A DNA stretch of 63,996 nt, filler included, from Choristocarpus tenellus KU-1152 (GCA_964200185.2; 14 parts of 14 records of this genome joined end to end with filler, not necessarily neighbours in it), one strand, 5' to 3'. Shown: positions 51,832 to 63,996, counted from the first letter of the whole stretch. The notes: generated from the letters alone by a model not told the origin. Translations and numbers: made by a program.

Positions 51832-53490
51832 CTGGCATTTAGCGCCCGGACACGGAAATTTCTCCCTGAACCCGACAGTTCCAGAGGCGGGTCTACAAAC
51901 CCCAGAGTCCAGCGAGCATACCGGCCGGGAAATTCATACGATGAGGACAGGAGGACTCCCTTTCTTGTGTCCAAGGCCTCTACTAGCTCCTCAACACTCC
52001 TCGCCGCATCGTCCACATCCATCACCTGCAGAGAAGTACAGGGAGAGTATACGTGATGGAGCCAAATTATCTAAGAGGGTAGAGTAGAGCCGCGTCCATT
52101 TGGGGGCCAAAACCCAATGTTGCGATTTTGATGTAATTTTGGTTATTGTGTTTGTTAGGAAGTGTCAAAATCCTTTTCATGATGCGTACGTTTTACCTAC
52201 TAAGAAGTATTTTGGAGTAGGAAAATTCAATAAAAAAAAATCCTGAGGGAAGCCAAGCCCCAAATGGACAAACAGGGAAAAAGTTGTAACCTAACCCTAA
52301 GATACTTTCACTCGATGGGCACAAGGGTAAGGCAAGCTATGGGGGGGGTGAAGGGTAGGGTAGGAGGGGACAGGGTGTGGAATGAGGACAAGGAGAGAGA
52401 GAGAGTTATTTAAGGCAAAGTCAGCGGATGAATGGGGACAGTTGGGGGAGGGAGAGAGGTTGAAGGTTAAGAGATGGATGTATGGAGTGAGGACAGAAGG
52501 TAAAGGTGAAGGGAAGATAAAGAGAAATTCCGTTGTGTATCCTTTACTTTCAAGAAGATGCTGCAATATGCTTGCTAGGGTTGGGATAAATATATACTGA
52601 ATATATACAATTCTGACTGTATTGAACCGTTTCGTTGAAAGAAACGTGTAGAAATTGTATGCATGTTATTGTGGTGTTGTCGTAGAGCTCCAACAGGAAG
52701 TTGGGACCAGCTGGACATCCCTGATTGCTGCCTCAGTCAGCCCCAACTCAGCAACTCACCTCACAGGTGACCTCAACACCACCGCTAGTGACGAAACCAT
52801 CAGTTCCTGGCCGATGTCGAGGTGCCCCGAGTGACAACTCTATCGGGAATCCCCTCGTCACAACACGCTGCCAAGTGTGAATTGGAAGGTGGGGAAGCAG
52901 TTCACCCATACAAAGCCATCATTCGCAATGTTTTGGTCGTTCGAGTGACGAAGGTGAGAGTGATAATTCACCTGGACTATTCTGTGGCAACATCTGGCAC
53001 TTGTAAAGAAAGCGAGGGCTACAGCTGGGTGTGGGCTTGAGGAGAGGTACACACATACAGCCGAGGTGACTACATGTCAACTCATCCTCAACCTCTTATG
53101 TTAACTTGTCACATCTACCTTGTAAGGCTGAATAATGGCTGGAAGAGGACCTAATCCTGAGCAAAAAGGTTGGTAGCAGTATCAAAAACATACCAGTGCC
53201 CTTACCTCCCTACCGACAGACTGCAGTCCAGGCGTCGCATCCGTCACTCTTTTAATCTCAGATAAGTCTGCTCGATTGAGTTGCAAAGGGGATGAGTTCA
53301 CTGCACGGCGGGCCCTGGCAGTCCTCTGGTAGCATTGGTTCCTAGCTACCTTAGAAAGAGCTTCAAGACTATCACCCGGCAGAAGTTGCCTTGATCCAGG
53401 CAGGGAGATTCGTACAGGGACAAAAGCATATGCTGGTGGTGTCCAAAAGTAGGTCACCACGACCAACGCGACGGCCAATGAACGAACCAT
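51832..53490 (-). CDS. trpE: Anthranilate synthase (TrpE/TrpEG type), plastid-targeted, 5' part
   Basis: Exons 53490-53214, 52806-52760 and 52025-51832 are phase-compatible. Signal peptide + AYAFVP + basic transit peptide, then FVTSGGVEV and LDTRKGVLLSSSYEFPGRYARWTLGFVDPPL..ALNARG, typical of the fused TrpEG N-terminus. Confidence 0.88.
52059..52313 (-). mobile_element. MITE family A copy in a trpE intron
   Basis: GAGCCAAA..TTTCACTC; perfect TSD GATG; lies 33 bp from the exon boundary at 52025. Confidence 0.93.
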
Positions 53491-54502
53491 AAGGTGGTAT
53501 ACGTAGATCAACCTCAGGTAGAGTGTAGGGCCTTGTAGAGTACCACAACTGACTTCTTCTCTGAGATTAAAGTGTGTCGGAGTGGGTATAGGTCTCTAGC
53601 AGTCTCGGCAATAATTCAATTAAAAGGACTTACCAACGACAAAGAAACCTGTCCTGGAGAACTCCGATTGGCTCAAGAAGGAGAGATGTTGCCAGGGGTT
53701 TCAACACCTTGACAGAGAAATTATGTACCACTCTTTGTCGTTACACGTTTCTATAGATAGTTGATACTTTGCACGTATCAAGTACATATACTACTACAGT
53801 AAGGAGAGCCAGGTACAAAAAAGGGGTAAGATCCACACCCCATATCTGCTCATATATTTGGTTTCAAACGAGATACATCTATGGGTCGGACAGTGACCTT
53901 CTCGGACCGGTAAGAGTTCAAGAGTTGGCAGGCTGAGGGTTGAGTCTGGTGGCCCCTTCTCAGTCCTCACATAAACTTTGTAGTTTGGAGTTGATTGGTT
54001 CGTATGAGGAGTGCAGCCAACTTACGGAACAAGCTTGCTAGCGTTAATCATACTGATATCAACCTGGTTCTGCTACGGAAATGAGATGGTGATGCTGAGG
54101 TTGCTTGCTGTTTATAGCTGTATCTATGTTTTGTCGCATCTCCCTACTACGCGTCTGCTAGTTATTTCAGCACGAGATGGTGACTGGCAAGATCTATCGA
54201 ACCGATCGCATGTCCCTACGAGTAGTACCTTCAGTAGTCTAAGTAGCATAGTCCCAAACCCGAGTCAGTTCAGATTTTGCGCCTGACATACTTGTGTGGA
54301 GATTTGAGGAATGTATTGAAACCTCGCACTTTCTGTAATCCTCACCCGCACAACACCATTATCTCTTGCAAGCGCAAGAACTGCCTAATCGTAGGAGTAC
54401 TGCTGCTACCATATAGTTATCCCCTCGGCACGTTTCCCCACTTCTCCATCCTGAAGGACACCGGGTCTCGATGGTGGCGCAGAGAAAGAACCACCCCCCC
54501 CA

Positions 54503-54784
54503 ATGGCAAACACTAAGAACGCAGTTAAGAAAAGAGCCTGGCGTCGTAAGACAAAAGAAAATGCCCGAACAAAGGAAGCAAATGCTAAGGGGGGGACAGG
54601 CGACGTTGATCTGGAACCTAATAGCAAGACCGCACTACGTGGCACAGCATCAGAAGTGGGACGGAGAGCTGCCTCCTCTAGCTTGAGACCGCAAGACTCC
54701 TCTCTCGGCACTCCTGAGGATATGGCGGTTCTCGAAATGGTCGGAATGGGAGGAGCTCGATCACAGGACGGATGGGTGGATGAG
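54503..54784 (+). CDS. Putative exon of an unknown protein, divergent from trpE
   Basis: Open frame MANTKNAVKKRAWRRK..GWVDE ending at a GAG|GTGAGA donor; no family recognised. Confidence 0.35.
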
Positions 54785-54869
54785 GTGAGAATGAGGATTT
54801 CCTCAGTGGAATAGTAGGTGTTGGGAATGGATTGGCCATGTGCATGCTCCGCCTTACTTCTCATGCTTT

Positions 54870-55130
54870 GAGTGAAAGTATCTTAGAGGGTAAGAGTTTT
54901 GCCCTTTTTGTCCATTTGGGGCTTGGCTTTCCACGGGTTTTAAATAACATTTTGCCTACTCCGAAACAGTTTCGGAGTAGGCAAAATGTATACGTTATGA
55001 AAAGGTGTGTCCGGAACAAGGATACTGATATTTCCTAACAAACATGATAGCCAGAATGACATCGAAATTGCAACATTGGATCTTGGCCCCCAAATGGACG
55101 CGGCTCTAACCCTCTACGATACTTTGACTC
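54870..55130 (+). mobile_element. MITE family A copy
   Basis: GAGTGAAAGTATCTTAGAGGGTA..GATACTTTGACTC; flanks CTTT/CGTA do not match. Confidence 0.92.
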
Positions 55131-55754
55131 CGTAGAGGGCAAAACAGATTGATCAGTTGTACACTCAACAATTTGACAAAGCCATCAAACTTTCATAGAT
55201 AGCATAACCCTTAGTGCTGCGAATCTGAAGATCCGATGAGCATAAACCGAACCAGCTCGAAACCTTCCGGTGCACTAAATTAGAATGAAAATACATCTGT
55301 AGCACAAAAAGTGTGGCTTGTGAATTGCCAAGCACTGCAAGAGCAAATGGCCTGCCAAATCTACCCCCGATGTTTTAATGTTGGTTACTTTAAATTTTGT
55401 TGAACTGCAGAGATTTACTTACCACAATTCACAACACTTCAAACGCCAACTCATATCCCCATGATTGTAGGTTGCTCCCAAAGCATATCAGCAAGTTGAA
55501 ACATCTACACTTGTGTGTGTGCATGTCGGAAAATTTTGGTGCGTAGTCTGGTTCTTTCTGCGGTAGCAGCTGTTGTATGGGTAATTTTATATCGTGAGCA
55601 ATATACGGTCCGACAAAAACAGTAGAGCTTATCTTGTTTACACGCATGTAGACAAGGTGCCCTGACAATATTTACTTCGTTTTTCCTTTCTTCTGTGTCT
55701 TCCCTGACAATATTTACAATGTATACTAATGAGCTGATTGTCTTAGAACTGAAA

Positions 55755-56028
55755 GGGTAAAAGTATCTCAGAGGGTACGAGTTTTCCCATATTTGCCCAT
55801 TTGCGGCTTGACTTCCCACAGTTTTTTTATTACATTTTCCTACCCCGAAATGTTTCGGAGTAGGTAAAATGTGTATGATATTTAAAAGGTGTGTCTAGAA
55901 TAAGGACATCGACACTTCTTAACAAACATGATAGCCAAAATTACATCAAAATCACAACAAAATCACAACAATGAATTTTGATCCCCGAATGGACGCAGGT
56001 TTACCCTAACCCTAAGATACTTTGACTC
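55755..56028 (+). mobile_element. MITE family A copy
   Basis: GGGTAAAAGTATC..CTAAGATACTTTGACTC; small internal duplication AAAATCACAAC. Confidence 0.9.
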
Positions 56029-56588
56029 AAAGTCTGAATCTAATCTAAAATTACGATCCAGGCTCGGATCTAGACCTGACTTGCATTCCAGTTTAAGGGA
56101 CAGGTCCAGGCCCAGTTCTGAGTTAACTGTGTGGGTTCTGGATCAGATCTGAAACTGTGACTAAGTACTGGGTTATAGGCCTGGAACCTGACCTGTACTG
56201 CACCACCATGGATCCATACTTCAAATTAAAAGCTTGTATGAAAACTCTGATTAGCCAAAAAGAGCTGAATATGTTGACATAAGGTATGATATGGTTATTT
56301 GTTCAGAGTGCTTGGTACTATTCACAATAATTTACCTTCTTCATGAGTAAAGGAGGTCAAAAACCGAAAAAAATCCACAATATGAGCGTTCTAACCCTAA
56401 GTCTTTATAGGATTCCCCCCCACAATTTCACGTCGTTCACATTGCTGTCATCCATTACTATTACTAGTAGTACTATCACTATCATATGTACTATTTAAAC
56501 ACATAATGTATTTCTCCAATCCACAAAGGTGACACAAGAACTCCTGCTAGGAACAAGGGGTTTTGGGAGCTTATACTTTGAAGCAAAT

Positions 56589-56632
<44 letters not shown>

Positions 56633-56800
56633 CAACCAGGCCGAATGCAGGGTAGCCAAAATTCCGCGGAATATTCTAAGAAGAGGCGTTTTTCACTGAA
56701 AAAAGTATATGTATTTTTGGGTTAGGGTTAGGGTTTCATTCGATCATCGCCTGCGGTACACACGGAAACCCAGTAACCCCTGGAAATTGCCATTGATTTA

Positions 56801-56868
56801 TATCTGTACATAGTTTGTATCTGTACATTGTTTGTATCTGTACATAGTTTGTATCTGTACATAGTTTG
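56801..56868. repeat. 17-bp tandem repeat x4
   Basis: TATCTGTACATAGTTTG units. Confidence 0.92.
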
Positions 56869-56883
56869 TGCTTTTCGATTTTA

Positions 56884-57144
56884 GAGTGAATGTATCTTAG
56901 AGGGTACGAGTTTTGCCCTTTTTGTCCATTTGGGGCTTGGCTTCCCATGATTTCTTTTTAGTGACATTTTCCTACTCCAATATATTTCGGAGTAGGCAAG
57001 ATGTATACGCTATGAAAAGGTGTGTTCGGAACAAGGATATTGACACTTCCTAACAAATACAATAACAAAAATTACATCAATATTGCAAAATTGGATTTTG
57101 GCCCCCAAATGGACGCGGCCCTACCCTCTAAGATACTTTGGCTC
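56884..57144 (+). mobile_element. MITE family A copy
   Basis: GAG..CTC termini; perfect TSD TTTA. Confidence 0.94.
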
Positions 57145-57963
57145 TTTAGCAACTCGTGCGTAAATGCGGCCACCAGTCCTGGTGATATCGCTCTAACAGC
57201 CAATCTCGCAGTCATGCAGGTAGGAACACTTTGCAAGAGGCGTTTCCACTCTATTGGCAGGATCACACAAGTTGTTTGCCAGTAGTGCTCCCCCCCCTCC
57301 CATACCCACAAAAGCCTTACATGTTCTGCAAAAACATGGATTGACTCCCTCAAGTCAGTTCCAAAAGTCCCTTGTTAGGAGATGCCCTTTCCACAGTCCC
57401 AACGGACTGACTACTGGCTCTCCTGAAATTCTTAACTCCGTCTAGGATCGTATTCAAGACTCTCACGGATTTTAAATTATGTTTTGGTGATTTAAATTAA
57501 AATTTTGCCATAGCGCCTAGCGTATAGTACCAATAAAGCATGTAGCCTTTTCTTCGTGACAACACCCTAACAAATTTTGGGGCATCACTGCATCGTTGAT
57601 CGAACTGATGTGCTCAAATCAATCAATCAATCGGTCAGTCAAGAAGTGAGGACATTTTTTGAAGAAAAGCTATTTAGTAAGTATAGCTGGGAATGGGAAA
57701 AGCAGAAGCAATGGATATTGATCGTTAATGAATATATATATATATATATATATATGTGCACTTATTCTCTTATTCTCTTACTCTCTTATTCTCTTATAGA
57801 TGAGAAATGCAAACAATAAGACTCGCTACCTTACGATGAAGAGCTGAGCTACAGGACCAAATCCACCTTGTAGTCTAATAAGAATCACTCGGAATATAAA
57901 ACCTTTATCTGCTTGATTCATACATTCAACCCAAACATAAGGAGTGTGGTAGCATCAATATCT

Positions 57964-58350
57964 GGCCCAAAGTATCAATATCTGGGAGGGGCGGGGGGGG
58001 GGAGCTACACCAGTGCAAAATTGTAGAGAGATGATAGGCGTTTTTTCAGTTTTCCTTATTTGTGTCGGGCGGGGATGTGTCGTTTTGAATAAATATTAAT
58101 ATATATATATAATATATGTACATAAATATTAATATATATATAATATATGTACATAAATATTAATATATATATATAATATATGTACATATATATAATATAT
58201 ATATAGGTGTCCATTCGGGCCAAAATCAGGAGATGTGTTTTTTCATCATCTATCCGATGTACGCAACCAAATCACTCAAAAAATCGCGACATGAAAAAAT
58301 TGACCCCAAATGGACAGCGACGATCGAGTAACACCCCCCCCACCCGCCCC
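57964..58350. mobile_element. MITE family B copy with ~190-bp internal insertion (AT minisatellite)
   Basis: GGCCCAAAGTATC..CTACACCAG, then an insert at ~58014-58204, then GGTGTCCATTCGGGC..AATGGACAGC. Confidence 0.75.
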
Positions 58351-58874
58351 TAGCTNNNNNNNNNNNNNNNNNNNNNNNNNNNNNNNNNNNNNNNNNNNNT
58401 TAATTAATTAANNNNNNNNNNNNNNNNNNNNNNNNNNNNNNNNNNNNNNNNNNNNCCCCCCCACCCCCCCCAGATACTTTGGGTCCTTTTTTCTCAAAAA
58501 GGGAGCGAACTTTTTTTTCGTATTATTGCCGAAAGGAGTGAATGAGATGCTTTACAACTATTATTCCAGAGTACACTATATTTTTCTTTTTGAAGTATTA
58601 TTTTGTAGTTGGAGCACCTCGAAACTTGATTCGTGCTGTGTTCAGCAAGTATCTGTTCGAACAGTGAGTGGGGACAGATAGCAATACACTACATAATATC
58701 AGATCATTAATTTAGTGGGACCTTACAAAAACCCATTATGAGGATACCCCAAATCTCAGCAAAATGCCCTATTCTTTGCCGCCTGCTGTAAAGCCCCCAA
58801 GAAATGCCTTCGTGATGTGTGGTGCTTTTCCGGCCCTGAAACCATTCGAGCTCACCATGCCGAAAAGAGAAAGC

Positions 58875-58905
<31 letters not shown>

Positions 58906-61900
58906 AGTACTGAGCAAATAACGTTTGTATGCTGGTTTTATGGACAAAACATGGAGAAATTTTGAATTTCATGACTACGTTGTTTTTGACAGTGCGATTT
59001 CAGTCAACAGTAGGGCCATCAGAGAGGAAGCAAGCAGTCACATTGACTGCTTGGGACAAACAGTCGATCAGCACACAATTGGCATATACACATACTGAAT
59101 AAAATAGCATTTGTGCATTTATTTACTGGAGAACTTTATTATTACTTGAACTTGTTTTGGATACTGTACTGGTGGAGAAAATTATTGCTACCTACATTTT
59201 ACGATATTTAATTATTATTATTTACTACGATAGAAGAAAACTTCAGTTTTCTTGACTGTCCAAGTCGATAGGTCTTTGTTCCCTTGGACAACACGTTCCT
59301 TTTCCCTTTCAATTTCCCTGAATTCTGTCACAATTTTTCACCAAGTAGTCTTCAACATCTATGTAATACTTGGTCATATCTCATCACCCACTCCTTTTCC
59401 TCTCTCCACACAATCCCTCCTCGATCACTACAGACCCAGTAAGCTCAACTCACCAAATGGCAAGACATTCAGCAACATCTACTACTACTATTGAAGCATG
59501 GGCGGGAACAACTTCACCAAAAACAAAAATCACAAACAACTATTGCTGCTGCAGATGGCATCACTCAACAAATAATCGAGACATTGTGTGCTCAGTAAAA
59601 TGTGAAGCAAGGTATACCTGTGTCCTTCGCCAGAATCCATTGAACTCCTGCCCTCCTTCACTCTGTGCACCCAAACAGTCAAGCCCAATAGAGAGAGGGT
59701 GCAAGATGCTCTCGCCAGTATCCCCATTGCCGTAAAAAACGCCTGCACAAATTTCGTACCAACACAAAACCATGTCCAACTGCATTCGCTCATCATCCAT
59801 CTTCAAGAGTATACATTGAACACCAACCCTAACCTTAATGCACCCACCATCCATGACATATGAAACACACAAAAATTACTCCCAACTTGATTGCACAGAT
59901 GCAGAAAGAAACACACTTGTGTGACAAGCCATATACACTGTTTGTTGCAACCTCCAACTGTGTCAAAGACACATATGCCCACACCTAAGGGCCATCTAGA
60001 GCTGCAGAAACAATCTCCACATCTACAGTGGTGGAGAGTGAGCACCCACCCATCCATTCACACAACCCACACCCGATGAAATGCAAAGGAAACATGCCAT
60101 ACTTTTACCTCTGGTACAAAGACACTGATCACAGATGACCTCAACCATCACTGTGCTGTCACCTTGTGAACAACAAAAAAAGAGGGAAGACTTCCCATTC
60201 CCCTCTCAGTTAGTGCCAGGTAATAAAAGCACCTCAATCAATTCATCAACCACAGGAGCAACATAGTTGCACCAGCCAAGAAGGAACAAACCAATTCCAG
60301 TCAACTGCATCCACCTATCACCAAAAACTTCCACACCAAAAACCACTAACAGGAGTTGACCCTTCAAAACACAAAAAAATAAACTCTGGGTAGATACCAC
60401 ACGATCACCCCCAACAATTTGAAGTCTCCATTGCAGACCCATTTTGAGGATAACGTCAAAACGACCATGGCTATTTCTCGTCCGAATCCTCAAACACAGA
60501 AAAGTCTGCTATAACTGGTCCTACTTTTTGACCATGCTCTCCCTCTGGCGATGAATCTTGACTACCTGACACACCCTCTCCTCTGCCCCCTGTCCCCAAT
60601 GACGTTTTCCCTTTACACATTGGACTTACAGTAGGGCCAAGTATCAGCGGTGGCATGGTATCATGTGCAGATACAATGCGACCCTGCCCTCGCCCTACGG
60701 CAAATCCCTTGTTTGTTCCATCTGGTCCAACAGCCATGCTTCAAAGGGGCAACAAAGACACAGTCAGTTTATATTGGAGAAGAGAGTAAGCGGGAAGTTG
60801 ACCACATTGACACACATGGGGGTGGACTGGGGTACATACCTATAAAGTAAAAAGTTGAGAGGAATGCTGAAATAGACACAGGTACAAGATGTGAAAGGGC
60901 TGCAAGGCAAGATTGAGGTATTCTTTTCATTAAAAAAAAAAATGCTCTGAAAACTGCACAACTTGACTTGTGGAGGTTCTTGCTAAAAAAAATAACAAAA
61001 ATCTCGAATCAGTACAACAAAATAAAAAAAATAACAAGGATCTCTGACAGACCACCTGTTGATCAACCATTCCCTTGGACAACCTCAAGCCAAACAAGAA
61101 CCTCAAAACCCCCTTCAGTGAGAATCAACAAACTCAACAATCACACCCACCACAAACCCTAACCCTAACCCTGTCTTCATCACAAATTAAAATATAACAA
61201 AGGTCTGACAGCACAAGGTAACTTTTCTTTTTCTTCCACGCCCACCCCACCCCCCCCCCCCCACCCCCCCCCCCCCACCCACCACACACCCCCACCCCCC
61301 CCCCNNNNNNNNNNNNNNNNNNNNNNNNNNNNNNNNNNNNNNNNNNNNTTAATTAATTAANNNNNNNNNNNNNNNNNNNNNNNNNNNNNNNNNNNNNNNN
61401 NNNNGTGGTGTGGGTGTTGGGGCTCTGGGGGTGGTGGGGGGGGGGGGGGGGTGTTGATTTTTGTGGTATTGGGGGGTGGTGGTATCTGTATAAAAATGAA
61501 CTGTGATGGTGATGTGATGGGGTAATGTTTTTAGTTTTGTGGACTCTCTTTTTCCTGTAGGAGAATGCTTTTGACATTTCTGTATTGCTCTGATAATTGT
61601 ATGGGGGGTAAAGAGTGTATTTTTTTCATATGCTGCTTTAAGGCTTAGGGTTAGTATATATACTGTAGTGCTTCCAAGGAAGATGGTGTCTTGTCTGTTT
61701 TTCTATTTCAACCTGTCACTAGTGACTGACAGAGGGAGTTCATCATTCAGACATTATAATGTTACATACACACACACATATTGACATGATCTTAGGTAAC
61801 CTTACCCTAACCCTAAGATCATGTCAATGGTGTCTCGTATGGACCCTCCTCCCAGGGTCCATACGAGTTCTTGTGAATGGTATGTTTGACATCCGCTGAT

Positions 61901-62142
61901 AAATTACAAACCCTCTTGGTGTAACCAATGACTGTGTGTGTGTGTGTGTTTTCCTTTTAGTTCAATGTCAATGTCCTCTCAATGTGCTCTTATATCTCCC
62001 CCCCTGGCATTTGGCATCCAACAAGGTGGTAGTATTGCTCTCTCTCTCTCTCTCTCTTTGTATATTTAATACAAAGTGTGCAAAACAGAATGCCGTAAGA
62101 TGCTAAAAAAAACTTGCCTCCTCCCCTCTCATTTCGGTTCAG

Positions 62143-63791
62143 GGTGTCTGCGGCTCTCTGCAGGGGATCCCTGGTGGGAAGAGATGAGGAGCCTGTCACT
62201 GTGGAGACAGTGTATCGAAAAAGGTACTCCTCCCTGCCAGCTCGCCTTTGCAGCAGGCCATGCCAGCCCTTGCCACCCTCCTGCTTGGGTCCATCCTGTC
62301 TGATTTTCACGCTGCAGTAAATCTTTTTTTTTTCATGTGCTTGGGAAGTACGTTGTGCCTTGGAAGGCGTTGCATTCATTGGTGTGTTACAGTGTGCATG
62401 GTAGCACTCGAGACTGAGTTGTTGTGTATTGATGCAATACCTTTGTACGTGTGTTTTGGTGGAATGATCTCATAATGTGTTGACGTTGGTGTTGCAAAAG
62501 TGTAACGCTGTGCGAAGTGTGGAACACCTGCACAACCAACCTTGCCCTGGATTGGGAGTGTTGTAGGGGGGGGGTCCATGGAACAGAGAAGATTTTATGA
62601 GTCGCGCTGGAGGTAGAATGGTGATATGTTTGGATAGATGGCAGGGGGTATTAATTCAGGGTGAGGATGGTTGGGTTGTCTTCTGAGAAACCTCCTGCAT
62701 TTGTTGTCCTTGTTTTTCTCAAAGAAAGTTTTTTATATTTTCTGTGGCTTTTTTCGGAAAGCTTCGATTAGAGCATACCCCATACCCTTGAGGTGCCTGG
62801 GGAAAAAGGTAGCAGCTGTCCATTCGGGGCCCATTGTTCCATGTTGCGATTTTTGGGTGAATTTGGTTGCATGCGTCCGATGGATGATATAAGTGCACTT
62901 CTCCTGGTCAGGCCCCGAATGGACATCCTGGTGTAGCCCCCCCTCCCCCCAGATACTTTGAGCCTGTTCTACCTGTGAGACATGTGTTGTGTGTTGTCTT
63001 TGATTTGATGTTTGTCTTTACGTCTGAAGCTATGGGCAGTGCCTTAGTGAACTTCTCTTGGGTGAGTGCAAGACCATTCAGAAAATAGAATAAAATAACC
63101 TATTTTTTTAGCTTTTGCGGTGTAGTGACTGTTTTTTTTTACAAATTTTTTTACAAATTTTTTGGGGTTGGATTGAATTCAGTTAATTGCTCTTCAGTAC
63201 ATACACACATACACACTCACTAGTTTATTGCACTAGTCGTGTATTTTTTGTTTTTCAAGAAGTGGTCTGTTTTATGTATGAATAGAGCCTGGGACATCTT
63301 GGTAAAGAGATCGTGTTTCCCAACTCTTCCACACCTATACCGAACTCATTGCTCTAATTCTTGGGGTTTTTGTTCAATCTACTTCTGTTTCATGCATGTG
63401 TGTGTGTGTGTGTGTGTTATCCTAGGGCTTATCAGGCTCTTCTTCTACTATCAGGACTACCAGTAGTCAACTTTCTTTCTTGCCAGCCCAACCTCATTCC
63501 ACACACATTCCCTTTTCCTTTCTCATGCCCTTTGCTCTGTCCCCGTCTGCCTGCTCGGGTGACATCAACACCTTTTTTTTTTCCAAGCTTCCTTGTGTCT
63601 GCAGACATGGCCCACGCCCTCCATCCAAACTACAGTGAGATACACGACCCTGAGATGCAGCCAAAGTTGCATGGGGGAATGGTGATCAAGCACAATGCCA
63701 ACCAATCGTACGCATCCAATGCAGTCACTGCCTTCCTGTTTAGGGAGGTTGGAAGGCGTGCTGGTCTCCGGACACAGGAATTTGCGGTGAG
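62143..63791 (+). CDS. DNPEP: Aspartyl aminopeptidase (peptidase M18), two internal exons
   Basis: Exons 62143-62223 and 63588-63791 join in phase 2: ..VYRK|SFLVSADMAHALHPNYSEIHD..P....GMVIKHNANQSYASN..QEFAVR, the M18 signature. Confidence 0.9.
62790..62964. mobile_element. MITE family B copy (intronic, left TIR decayed)
   Basis: Body matches the 34569 copy; right end CCCCCCAGATACTTTGAGCC. Confidence 0.85.
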
Positions 63792-63996
63792 GTTGTGGCT
63801 GACCTCTTACTTACTCTACGTGCGTTTGCTCGCAGATGTGTGTTTGTGCCTTCGCCTTTTTGACTCTAGCTTGATGTCTCTTTTGGTATGAGGGTATCGA
63901 GAATGTTGAGTGTTGGGGGGGGGGGGGGGGGGGGGGGGGGGGTGTGTTTTTTTTAAAGAGGAAAAGGCGGGGGGGGGTTTTTTTTTCTCTTTTTTT

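Noticed and set aside
59500-60760. ORFs 59561-59872 and 60471-60737
   Set aside because: No motif support; could be a terminal exon or a TE relic.
3358-63996. Functional clustering of the genes in this window
   Set aside because: The genes lie on separate concatenated contigs; only THOC5/helicase and trpE/54503 are physically linked.

Overview
This is eukaryotic nuclear DNA, not prokaryotic. It consists of 14 short contigs joined by 13 artificial 100-bp linkers (44 N + TTAATTAATTAA + 44 N), so adjacency across a linker is not evidence of biological linkage. The organism is most likely a photosynthetic stramenopile (brown alga or relative): genes have many GT-AG introns and one gene carries a signal peptide plus an 'AYAFVP' (ASAFAP-type) plastid-targeting motif. 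I built splice models by hand for these partial genes: THOC5, a DEAD-box helicase head-to-head with THOC5, an AT-hook + microcephalin-like BRCT protein, an IFRD-family protein, an IQ-motif exon, a near-complete GT47/exostosin-like glycosyltransferase, a plastid-targeted anthranilate synthase and an M18 aspartyl aminopeptidase. The rest is transposon-rich. It holds two related MITE families with 4-bp TSDs (the larger has GAG..CTC, Sola2-like termini), two decayed Copia elements primed by a half-tRNAiMet PBS, and remnants of Gypsy, CRE-type RLE, other LINE and PIF1/Helitron-like elements, plus minisatellites and short perfect hairpins. No CRISPR, rRNA or intact tRNA was seen. I cannot demonstrate a single new multi-gene system. 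The strongest leads are: (i) TAACCC telomere-type repeat appearing at the same TIR position in two independent MITE copies, amid many short interstitial TTAGGG tracts; (ii) a Copia lineage whose PBS AUG is in frame with gag; (iii) the Sola2-like MITE pair sharing a core. All identifications are by eye; no database search was run.
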